Assembly: GCA_946188105.1 (NCBI GenBank)
Contig: CAMHTQ010000002.1
Coordinates: 111,973-175,972, forward strand
DNA length: 64,000 nt
From: an uncultured Alphaproteobacteria bacterium
GTDB taxonomy: Bacteria > Pseudomonadota > Alphaproteobacteria > Rs-D84
Direction of reading: 5' to 3'
Positions 13,323 to 21,658 of the stretch are shown here, piece after piece; within the stretch, counting starts at the first letter, position 1, and each line of letters begins with the position of its first letter. The translations under genes and the position numbers were made by a program. The notes under the pieces were generated by a model. It had not been told where the DNA came from, made no database searches, and saw only the letters and a program-made list of their open reading frames with translations.

Positions 13323-15983
13323 ATGAGTCAAAAATGGGTTTATACTTTCGGAAATGGTAATGCCGAAGGTCGTGCCGATATGCGCAATTTGCTGGGCGGC
13401 AAAGGTGCAAATTTGGCTGAAATGAACTTGGTTGGTTTGCCTGTGCCTGCGGGATTCACAGTAACAACCGAGGTTTGCACATATTATTATGAAAACGGTC
13501 AAACATATCCATCTGATTTGATGGATCAGGTTCGTGCTGGTATTGCACACATTGAAAATATTATGGGCAAAAAATTTGCAGATATGGAAAATCCATTGTT
13601 GGTATCTGTGCGTTCTGGTGCTCGTGTTTCTATGCCTGGTATGATGGATACAGTTTTGAATTTGGGTTTGAATGATGAAACTGTCAAGGCATTAGCAAAA
13701 CATTCTGGTAATGAAAGATTTGCATATGATTCTTACCGTCGTTTTATCATGATGTTCTCTGACGTGGTTTTGGGTGCGGACATTAATTTGTTCGAACACA
13801 AATTAGAAGAAATGAAAGAATCACGTGGATACAAGGTTGATACAGAATTGACAGCCGATGATTTGAAAGAATTGGTTGAACAATTCAAAGAAATTGGAAA
13901 TCAAATCGGTAAAGTATTCCCACAAGATCCATGGGAACAATTGAAATTAGGTATCGGTGCTGTGTTTGGTTCTTGGATGTCCAAAAAGGCAATCACATAT
14001 CGTAAATTGAATAACATCCCAGGCGATTGGGGAACCGCTGTGAATGTTCAAGCAATGGTGTTTGGAAATTCTGGTGATGATTCTGCAACTGGTGTATGTT
14101 TCTCTCGTGACCCTGCAACTGGCGAAAATAAATATTATGGTGAATATTTGATTAATGCCCAAGGTGAAGACGTTGTGGCGGGTATTCGTACTCCACAACC
14201 AATGAGCAAAGATGATTCTGGTCGGGTATCTTTAGAAGAAGCAATGCCAAATGTCTATAAAGAATTATGCGATGTTCGTGAAAAATTGGAAAAGCACTAC
14301 AAAGATATGCAAGATATGGAATTCACAATTGAACATGGCAAATTATGGATGTTGCAATGCCGTAACGGTAAACGTACCGCCGCTGCTGCTGTCCGTATGG
14401 CTGTAGAAATGGTGAACGAAGGATTGCTGACAAAAGAAGAAGCAATCTTGCGTGTTGGTGCCGATCAATTGAATCATTTGTTGCATCCAATGTTGGATCC
14501 AAAAGCAGAAAAGAAAGTTATCGCAATGGGTTTGCCTGCATCCCCAGGTGCTGCTGTTGGTCAGGCTGTGTTTAATGCCGAAGATGCTGAAAAATGGGCA
14601 TCCGAGGGTAAAAAGGTTATGTTAATCCGTTTGGAAACATCACCCGAAGATATCGCTGGTATGAATGCTGCCCAAGGTGTGATTACTGCACGTGGTGGTA
14701 TGACATCACACGCAGCCGTGGTTGCACGTGGTATGGGAACACCATGCGTATCTGGTTCCACAGATATTAAAATTGATTATGCATCCAAAACAATGACATG
14801 TGCATGTGGTGTTGTTATCTCTGAGGGCGATTGGGTATCTATCGATGGCGCACGTGGTGAAATTATCCAGGGTGCAATCCCAACAGTATCTGCACAATTG
14901 ACAGGTAATTTTGGAACATTGATGCAATGGGTTGATGAAATCAAAGATTTGACAGTCAAAGCAAATGCTGAAACACCAAAAGATGCAAAACAAGCACGCG
15001 ACTTTGGTGCCCAAGGTATCGGTTTGGCACGTACAGAACACATGTTCTTTGATCCATCCAGAATTCAAGATATGCGCGAAATGATTTTGGCTGATGACGA
15101 GGCCGGTCGTCGTGCTGCTTTGGATAAATTATTGCCATATCAAAAGGCTGACTTTGTTGAATTGTTCAAAATCATGGATGGTCTGCCAGTTACCGTTCGT
15201 TTGATTGACCCACCTCTACACGAATTCTTGCCACACACAGAACCAGAAATGCAAGAATTGGCAAATCACATTGGCAAATCTTTGGAATTTGTAAAGATGC
15301 GTTCCGAAGCATTGCGTGAATCAAATCCAATGTTGGGTCATCGTGGTTGCCGCTTGGCAATTACATATCCTGAAATCTGTGAAATGCAAACACGTGCAAT
15401 TTTGTCTGCTGCAATCGAATGCAAAAAAGCAGGTGTCAAAGTATTCCCAGAAATCGAAGTCCCATTGGTTGGTTCTAAAAAAGAAGTTGATATCGTTAAA
15501 ACCGTTATCGATGCAACCGCCGCTGCATTGTTTGCAGAAACAGGCGACAGTGTCGAATACACAGTTGGTTCAATGATTGAATTACCACGTGCCGCAGTTT
15601 TGGCTGACGAAATTGCAGAAACATGTGAATTCTTTGAATTTGGAACAAACGATTTGACACAGACAACATTGGGAATGTCTCGCGACGATACAGGTAAAAT
15701 CTTGGATGAATATCGTGCACGCGGTGTTTATGTTGCTGATCCATTTGCATCTGTCGACCAACTGGGTGTTGGTTTGTTAATCAAAGATGCTGTGGCCAAG
15801 GCACGCAAGACCAAGGGCGACAAAATCCACTTGGGTGTTTGCGGTGAACATGGTGGCGATCCTGCATCTATTGAATTCTTCCACAACTGTGGATTCAATT
15901 CAGTATCATGCAGTCCATTCCGTGTGCCAATCGCACGTTTGGCAGCGGCTCAGGCAGCTGTTAAATTCCCACGCAAAAAATAA
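13323..15983 (+). CDS. ppdK: Pyruvate, phosphate dikinase
   Basis: 886 aa. N-terminus MSQKWVYTFGNGNAEGRADMRNLLGGKGANLAEM. The catalytic His region GGMTSHAAVVARGMGTPCV and the C-terminal PEP-utilising TIM-barrel motif (FFSIGTNDLTQ-like: FFEFGTNDLTQTTLGMSRDD). RBS aaaggagtaaccATG. Confidence 0.95.
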   Translation: MSQKWVYTFGNGNAEGRADMRNLLGGKGANLAEMNLVGLPVPAGFTVTTEVCTYYYENGQTYPSDLMDQVRAGIAHIENIMGKKFADMENPLLVSVRSGARVSMPGMMDTVLNLGLNDETVKALAKHSGNERFAYDSYRRFIMMFSDVVLGADINLFEHKLEEMKESRGYKVDTELTADDLKELVEQFKEIGNQIGKVFPQDPWEQLKLGIGAVFGSWMSKKAITYRKLNNIPGDWGTAVNVQAMVFGNSGDDSATGVCFSRDPATGENKYYGEYLINAQGEDVVAGIRTPQPMSKDDSGRVSLEEAMPNVYKELCDVREKLEKHYKDMQDMEFTIEHGKLWMLQCRNGKRTAAAAVRMAVEMVNEGLLTKEEAILRVGADQLNHLLHPMLDPKAEKKVIAMGLPASPGAAVGQAVFNAEDAEKWASEGKKVMLIRLETSPEDIAGMNAAQGVITARGGMTSHAAVVARGMGTPCVSGSTDIKIDYASKTMTCACGVVISEGDWVSIDGARGEIIQGAIPTVSAQLTGNFGTLMQWVDEIKDLTVKANAETPKDAKQARDFGAQGIGLARTEHMFFDPSRIQDMREMILADDEAGRRAALDKLLPYQKADFVELFKIMDGLPVTVRLIDPPLHEFLPHTEPEMQELANHIGKSLEFVKMRSEALRESNPMLGHRGCRLAITYPEICEMQTRAILSAAIECKKAGVKVFPEIEVPLVGSKKEVDIVKTVIDATAAALFAETGDSVEYTVGSMIELPRAAVLADEIAETCEFFEFGTNDLTQTTLGMSRDDTGKILDEYRARGVYVADPFASVDQLGVGLLIKDAVAKARKTKGDKIHLGVCGEHGGDPASIEFFHNCGFNSVSCSPFRVPIARLAAAQAAVKFPRKK

Positions 15984-16003
15984 TTTTTGCAATAAAACTC
16001 AAA

Positions 16004-16032
16004 AAAACTCTCACATAGTTGAGAGTTTTTTG
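16004..16032 (+). terminator. ppdK terminator
   Basis: aaaaaactctcacatagttgagagtttttt. Confidence 0.8.
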
Positions 16033-16065
16033 TTATAATATGTAACACGCGAAAGGAATCCCAAT

Positions 16066-17844
16066 ATGCCAAAATTACAAATCTTACCAACATCACTTTG
16101 GAAATTTTATTTAAAATATGGTATCAAAGATTACAAATTTTTACTAATTTGTTGGATGATTACACTGTTACTGGTATTTTCTGGTGGTGTGATTTGGCCA
16201 AATTTTCAACGTTGGGTTGTCGCATTGTTTGAAAATCCAATTCCCGATGGTATGACTTTTATTCAATACGCAATGCCGACAATTATTTTAATAACCGTGT
16301 TGAATATGTTGATGACATTGAGTGATATAATTAGCTCAACTATCGACTCTCATTTATGGCCAAAAATTTCCAATCAAATATCAGAAACATTAACAACGTA
16401 CACGCATCAACAATCGATGAATTTTTGGACTGAAAAAATGTCTGGTTCAATAAATTCACAAATAAATTATATCACCGAAGGAATAACGCTTGGTGTTACT
16501 GAATTATGGCGCTGTGTTGGACGTTTAGGTATAATTTTGGTGAACGGTGCATTATTGTTAGCCATTAACAAATACGTTGCGTATTTATTTGTGTTTGCAC
16601 TTGGGTTTCGAATAATATACGCATGGCGTATGCGTGGTCGTGTAAAAAAAGCCAGTGAAGAGGCATCTGGTGCCAGAAGTGCGTTGACAGGAAAATTGGT
16701 TGACAGTTTTTCTAATTATTCAATTGTGAAATCGTTTGCGGGTGCCGAAAAAGAACGCAAAATCTTGGATAAACCGCGTCAAAAGCGTGTACAAACACAA
16801 ATGTATTCGCGTTATACAATGCGTTTGTTTTGGGCTTTTCCTGGGTTGTTGTGGGATTTGTTGTTTGGTTTAACGATTTTATTTTGTTGCATTTTGTATC
16901 AACGTGGTGAAATAGCAGTTTCAGAAATAATATTTACAATATCTGTATACATACAGGTGATGGGTGCTGTTGGAATGTTAATAAACAGATTCCCAGAAAT
17001 TATTGACAAATTAGCGGCGGCCAAAAAAGCATATCGCGATTTAGTGGTGCCTTTGGATATTGTGGATAAAAATAATGCTAAACCATTGCGTATTAAGCAC
17101 GGAAAAATTGAATTCCAAAATGTATCTTTCAAATACAAAAACAGAAATAACAATGTGTTGAAAGATGTTTCTTTGACGATAAACCCAGGGGAACGGGTTG
17201 GGATTGTTGGACTGTCTGGTGCTGGAAAAACGACACTGGTAAATTTATTAATGCGTTTTTACGAACCCACACACGGAGCTATTTTAATAGATGGTCAAAA
17301 CATTCAAGATGTAAAACAGGATTCTTTGCGTGAAAGTATATCGTATATTCCCCAAGACCCAACAATGTTTAACAGAACAATTAGTGATAATATAGGATAT
17401 GGCAAAACAAATTCATCCAAAGCAGATATAAAACGTGCTGCCAAATTTGCATCTGCAGATAAATTTATTATGGATACGGAAAAAGGTTATGATTCATTGG
17501 TTGGTGATCGTGGTATTCAATTGTCTGGTGGTCAGCGTCAAAGAATTGCTATTGCGCGTGCATTCTTGAAAAATGCCCCAATTTTGGTTTTGGACGAGGC
17601 AACATCTGCGCTGGATTCTGAAACAGAAATTTCAATTCAAAAATCATTTGATAAATTGTCTGCGGGTCATACAACAATGGTTATTGCACATCGTTTATCA
17701 ACACTGCGTAATATGGACCGAATTATTGTGTTGGATAAAGGGCGCGTTATTGAATCAGGAACACATAATTCATTGTTGCGTAAAAAAGGCCTGTATTCAA
17801 AATTGTGGAAAATGCAAAGTGGTGGCTTTTTACAAGATAAATAA
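16066..17844 (+). CDS. ABC exporter, fused permease/ATPase (MsbA-like)
   Basis: 592 aa. N-terminal six-helix TMD. Walker A GLSGAGKTT, ABC signature LSGGQRQRIAIARA, Walker B ILVLDEATSALD, and an H-loop. Confidence 0.9.
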   Translation: MPKLQILPTSLWKFYLKYGIKDYKFLLICWMITLLLVFSGGVIWPNFQRWVVALFENPIPDGMTFIQYAMPTIILITVLNMLMTLSDIISSTIDSHLWPKISNQISETLTTYTHQQSMNFWTEKMSGSINSQINYITEGITLGVTELWRCVGRLGIILVNGALLLAINKYVAYLFVFALGFRIIYAWRMRGRVKKASEEASGARSALTGKLVDSFSNYSIVKSFAGAEKERKILDKPRQKRVQTQMYSRYTMRLFWAFPGLLWDLLFGLTILFCCILYQRGEIAVSEIIFTISVYIQVMGAVGMLINRFPEIIDKLAAAKKAYRDLVVPLDIVDKNNAKPLRIKHGKIEFQNVSFKYKNRNNNVLKDVSLTINPGERVGIVGLSGAGKTTLVNLLMRFYEPTHGAILIDGQNIQDVKQDSLRESISYIPQDPTMFNRTISDNIGYGKTNSSKADIKRAAKFASADKFIMDTEKGYDSLVGDRGIQLSGGQRQRIAIARAFLKNAPILVLDEATSALDSETEISIQKSFDKLSAGHTTMVIAHRLSTLRNMDRIIVLDKGRVIESGTHNSLLRKKGLYSKLWKMQSGGFLQDK

Positions 17845-17920
17845 AACAGTTGACCCCGTTTGTATGAAAGTTTTAATATAGTGTGTGTAGAAAGAAAATC
17901 TAACAACAAAGGGGTAAAAA

Positions 17921-18424
17921 ATGAAAAAAATTGCTTTATTTGGTTTGATTTGTGTGATGGGAATTGCTTCATCTGCTAATGCTGGATGGTTCAGCAACCT
18001 GTTTAACAAAGAACCAGAACCACAAACATTATCCGAGGCATGCAGCACAGATGATATCACTGCAATTTGCCCAGAAATCGTTTTGGGTGAAAAAACATTG
18101 GCTGGATGTTTGTCAGACAATGTAAAATCTTTATCAAAAAAATGTGCTAAATTTGTGAAAAAATCAATCAAAGAAAACAAAGATTTGGTTTTGGAAAACA
18201 AAGATGCCGCAACAAATGCTGTAACTGAACAAGTTCAAGAAGTCAAAGCTGCAGTTGCTGAAAAGAAAGCACAAAAAGAAGAAGTAAAAAAATCTTTCAA
18301 AGATAAAAAAGCTGCAATCAAAGCAAATGCCAAGGCGGCAGGCAAAGAATTAAAAGATACTGCCCAGGCGGTAAAGCAAGATGCGATTGAAACAGGAAAA
18401 TCTGTAAAAGAAATTGCAAAATAA
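17921..18424 (+). CDS. Secreted Lys/Ala-rich hypothetical protein (167 aa)
   Basis: Signal peptide MKKIALFGLICVMGIASSANA. A four-Cys N-module, then a low-complexity K/A/E helical region. Good RBS aaaggggtaaaaaATG and its own terminator at 18427-18453. Confidence 0.55.
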   Translation: MKKIALFGLICVMGIASSANAGWFSNLFNKEPEPQTLSEACSTDDITAICPEIVLGEKTLAGCLSDNVKSLSKKCAKFVKKSIKENKDLVLENKDAATNAVTEQVQEVKAAVAEKKAQKEEVKKSFKDKKAAIKANAKAAGKELKDTAQAVKQDAIETGKSVKEIAK

Positions 18425-18569
18425 AAAATTTCGCCCGTTTGGGCGATTTTTTTTATGGTGTCATACGCGTTTTTCTATTTACACGGTTTAACTAAAAATG
18501 GTATAATACATATAAAGTGAAGGTTTAAAATAAAAAAATGGCTGAAATATGCCGTTTCAGGAGAGCTCT

Positions 18570-20768
18570 ATGAAAAACCAAAAAATGACAGATGCATACA
18601 AAAATGCGATGGGGACAGTTTTCTTACTCGCTGGTGCATTTTTTATTTGTTCAACATTGTTATCAATGCGGACGGTTCTTGCTGATCCAATTGCGCCGGT
18701 AACCGCAACAAGATCCCAGGTCAGTCCTGCTCGTGCGGCGGCTCGTAATACTACGAAAACACGTTCTTCGGTTGCTCGTTCTACAACGACACGTGCGGTT
18801 GCAACACCACGTGACAGTGCGGCTGGTGCTCGTAATATTCGTACTCGCAGTGTACGTGTTCGTACCACCGATGGTGCCAGTCAAGAAGTCCAACAGGCTG
18901 TACGTAATGATATAAAAACACGTTCAGTATCCCAACGTCGTGGCGGAACTGGTGCTACCCGTAATACACAACGTGTGGTCGCCAGAACTGCAACAACACC
19001 TTCACGTGTAAGTTTGGTCGGTACGGGAATGCGTGCAACAACTGGAACTTCTACCAGTAATGCAACCGTTTCTTATCTGTCAACCAAGGTATATTCAAAC
19101 AATTATTCAAACATCATTGATTCTTCAACTGGTTTGATTTCTGCCGATGCATACAGCGACTGCTTAGAGGGTTACTATACATGTATGGATGAAATCTGCA
19201 CAGCCCGCAGTGATACCAAGGGTCGTTGCTCTTGTGCTGGACGTGCAACAAACTTCTTGGCGGCTGAAACAGCATTGGAAAAGGCAAATGAAGAGTTAAT
19301 CAATTTGTCTGGTCAATTGGCATTGTTGGTCGCAACCAAGGGTAAAGACGTCAGCGAGGCATTTAAATTAACCGATGCTGAAAAGGTTATGAACTGTGTT
19401 TCATATAAAGAAAATGTTTTAACGGGAAATCAAACTGCTGCCGATTGGTACCAAGAACACCCAACATGGAACAGTTCTAATGCAAAACAAACATCTGGTA
19501 TCCCAGAATATTGCCAAGAAAGCGGAAACAGTTTCGGATTCGACATCAGTTCAATCAACGGTTCTGGCTCGGATATTTTGGCATCATTAAAGGCATGGGC
19601 TGATGCAAAAGATTTGGCCAAAGAATATACAGTGAACGACAGTGATAATTTGTTATCACAATATGGTGCGGTTGCTGGTGTTGTGAACGGTTTGTCCGGT
19701 GTTACAACAACCGATATAGACGAGGCAAAATTAGACGGTTTGGCAAACAAATGGGGGTATGAATTATTTGAATATGCTCACAACAATGTTTGCGGTCGTG
19801 TATTAGATGCGTGCTTTAACGGAATTTACGAGGCATGTGGTACACCACCATCTGGTGTTGACTCTGCTGGACATAAAATTGGTAAATGCGCAAACAGTGC
19901 ATCAACATCTTGTCCATATAACTACAATAGTGCAATCGCGGTCAAGGTCAGTGGCGATGGCTCGGGTGAGGTTACATTGAACGAACGTGGCTCCACAGGC
20001 AGTTCAACAACCACATCTGCAACATGCTTTGGTTATACATCTGCATCTGGTGATCCTTATGCAACTTTGCGTGGCCCTGTTGCTGATGCTCGTCGCAGTA
20101 TTATGCAGAAATATTTGTTGGATGCCAATGCGGCATGCGATACATATGGAACTGCATTGAAAAATACTGCACAAAACATCAATTATCAAAAAATTGCAGC
20201 AGAACAGGCATTACGTCAAAAACGTATGGAATTCTATAATGCTGAACAGGAAAAATTGCAAAAAGATACTGTCGCTGCTATCGAGAACTTTAACGAATGT
20301 ATCAGTGAAATCTGGGATTGCTATAACGAAAATTCAGATCAAGATACATGGAGTGGTGCTCGTATCAAAACATATTGTGCCCAGGTTTCAAATGTCCCAC
20401 ATTGTTATGAAACTATGATTTGTACACCAACACAAATAACCAGAACAATTGTTGATGTACCAGATAGCACAATGTGCAAGTTTGATGCTTCCGAAGAGGT
20501 AAATACTTGCCGTAACATCGTTACATTGAATGAAATCTTGTATGGTGCGGCTCCTCAGGTAAGTACAGATTCCATAGCCAGTATGATAGATATTTTGAGC
20601 GGCAAGGTTTCAAACAGCAGTTCAGAAATCAATTCTACATACTTGCGTGAGGCATGTTTAAGAATGGCTTTGAACTGTGTCCCTGGCATAGATGATGAAC
20701 AGGGCAACACAGACGATGAATGTCTGCGTAAATGGAAAAAACCAGTAAAAGAAAGCTCTGGAAATTAA
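18570..20768 (+). CDS. Large secreted Cys-rich protein, paralog 1 (about 732 aa). Signal peptide, Arg/Thr-rich disordered region, Cys-rich domain.
   Basis: RBS caggagagctctATG at 18570; the ORF-track ATG at 18549 is possible but lacks an RBS. Signal-anchor LLAGAFFICSTLLSMRTVLA. Residues ~45-170 are R/T/S/A low complexity with repeated ATR tripeptides. Then a Cys-rich region (YTCMDEICTA...GRCSCAG, CGRVLDAC). It is clearly paralogous to 21659..23932. Confidence 0.7.
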   Translation: MKNQKMTDAYKNAMGTVFLLAGAFFICSTLLSMRTVLADPIAPVTATRSQVSPARAAARNTTKTRSSVARSTTTRAVATPRDSAAGARNIRTRSVRVRTTDGASQEVQQAVRNDIKTRSVSQRRGGTGATRNTQRVVARTATTPSRVSLVGTGMRATTGTSTSNATVSYLSTKVYSNNYSNIIDSSTGLISADAYSDCLEGYYTCMDEICTARSDTKGRCSCAGRATNFLAAETALEKANEELINLSGQLALLVATKGKDVSEAFKLTDAEKVMNCVSYKENVLTGNQTAADWYQEHPTWNSSNAKQTSGIPEYCQESGNSFGFDISSINGSGSDILASLKAWADAKDLAKEYTVNDSDNLLSQYGAVAGVVNGLSGVTTTDIDEAKLDGLANKWGYELFEYAHNNVCGRVLDACFNGIYEACGTPPSGVDSAGHKIGKCANSASTSCPYNYNSAIAVKVSGDGSGEVTLNERGSTGSSTTTSATCFGYTSASGDPYATLRGPVADARRSIMQKYLLDANAACDTYGTALKNTAQNINYQKIAAEQALRQKRMEFYNAEQEKLQKDTVAAIENFNECISEIWDCYNENSDQDTWSGARIKTYCAQVSNVPHCYETMICTPTQITRTIVDVPDSTMCKFDASEEVNTCRNIVTLNEILYGAAPQVSTDSIASMIDILSGKVSNSSSEINSTYLREACLRMALNCVPGIDDEQGNTDDECLRKWKKPVKESSGN

Positions 20769-20789
20769 ACAAAAAAAACATATAAATAA

Positions 20790-20822
20790 AAATGCCCGAT
20801 GAAAATCGGGTGTTTTTATTTG
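20790..20822 (+). terminator. Rho-independent terminator
   Basis: aaaaatgcccgatgaaaatcgggtgtttttatt. Confidence 0.75.
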
Positions 20823-20963
20823 GAAAAATGGCACTAAAAACATAAATTGCATAAATTTTTATACAAAAACCTTGACTTAATGTAAAAAAATGTTATTCTT
20901 GGCATAAAGTTTTAGACATTTTGTCGAAACAAAACAAGAACAATTAACAAAGGTGAAAGAAAA

Positions 20964-21263
20964 ATGGGCAATTTTGCAATCTTTCAAACCGGTGGAAAAC
21001 AATACCGCGTCCAAGCTGGCGACACAATCAAGGTCGAAAAAATCAACGCCGAGGGTGATGTTGAATTTGACAAGATTTTGATGATTGGCGACAAGGTCGG
21101 CAATCCATATGTCGAAGGTGCACGTGTTATTGCAACGGTTGTTGAACAAAAACGCGATGACAAAGTTTTGGTGTTCAAGAAAAAACGCCGTCAAAACTAT
21201 CGTCGTACCAAGGGTCATCGTCAATACCTTACCGTATTGAAGATTAAGGAAATCAAGGGCTAA
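20964..21263 (+). CDS. rplU: 50S ribosomal protein L21
   Basis: [27 protein letters not shown]... is a canonical L21 N-terminus. 99 aa. Confidence 0.95.
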   Translation: MGNFAIFQTGGKQYRVQAGDTIKVEKINAEGDVEFDKILMIGDKVGNPYVEGARVIATVVEQKRDDKVLVFKKKRRQNYRRTKGHRQYLTVLKIKEIKG

Positions 21264-21283
21264 TTGGCCAAAGGAGTGAAATT

Positions 21284-21550
21284 ATGGCACACAAGAAAGC
21301 TGGTACCTCTACTTCGAACGGACGCGACTCTGCGGGACGCAGATTAGGTGTCAAGAAATCCGGTGGTGCACGTGTTATTCCTGGCAATATCATTATTCGC
21401 CAACGTGGCACAGCCTTCCATCCTGGATTGAATGTCGGTATGGGTAAAGACCACACAATATTTGCCAAGGTTTCAGGCACTGTGAAATTCAAACGTGGTT
21501 TGAATGATCGCAAGACAGTTTCTGTCGTTCCTGATGAAGAAGCAAAATAA
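21284..21550 (+). CDS. rpmA: 50S ribosomal protein L27
   Basis: [28 protein letters not shown]...[17 protein letters not shown] is a canonical L27. 88 aa. Confidence 0.95.
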   Translation: MAHKKAGTSTSNGRDSAGRRLGVKKSGGARVIPGNIIIRQRGTAFHPGLNVGMGKDHTIFAKVSGTVKFKRGLNDRKTVSVVPDEEAK

Positions 21551-21572
21551 TAAAATAAACATATATTGTTTG

Positions 21573-21612
21573 AACCCACAAAAAGCATCGTGTTTTTTGT
21601 GGGTGTTTTTTT
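21573..21612 (+). terminator. rplU-rpmA terminator
   Basis: aacccacaaaaagcatcgtgttttttgtgggtgtttttttt. Confidence 0.75.
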
Positions 21613-21658
21613 TTACTCTTTTATCTTAGGTAAAAATGTGGTATAATTATCATACAAA

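Noticed and set aside
14706-15750. Antisense ORFs within ppdK (14706..15068, 14777..15043, 15338..15562, 15505..15750)
   Set aside because: They are embedded antisense in a highly conserved, full-length ppdK reading frame and are Cys/His-rich artefacts.
18557-18915. Arg-rich antisense and alternative-frame ORFs, including 18557..18868, 18663..18893, 18733..18915 and 21613..22026
   Set aside because: They are artefacts of the Arg/Thr codon-repeat region (CGT/ACN rich) of the two large paralogs. The sense-strand proteins have signal peptides and continuous long ORFs.
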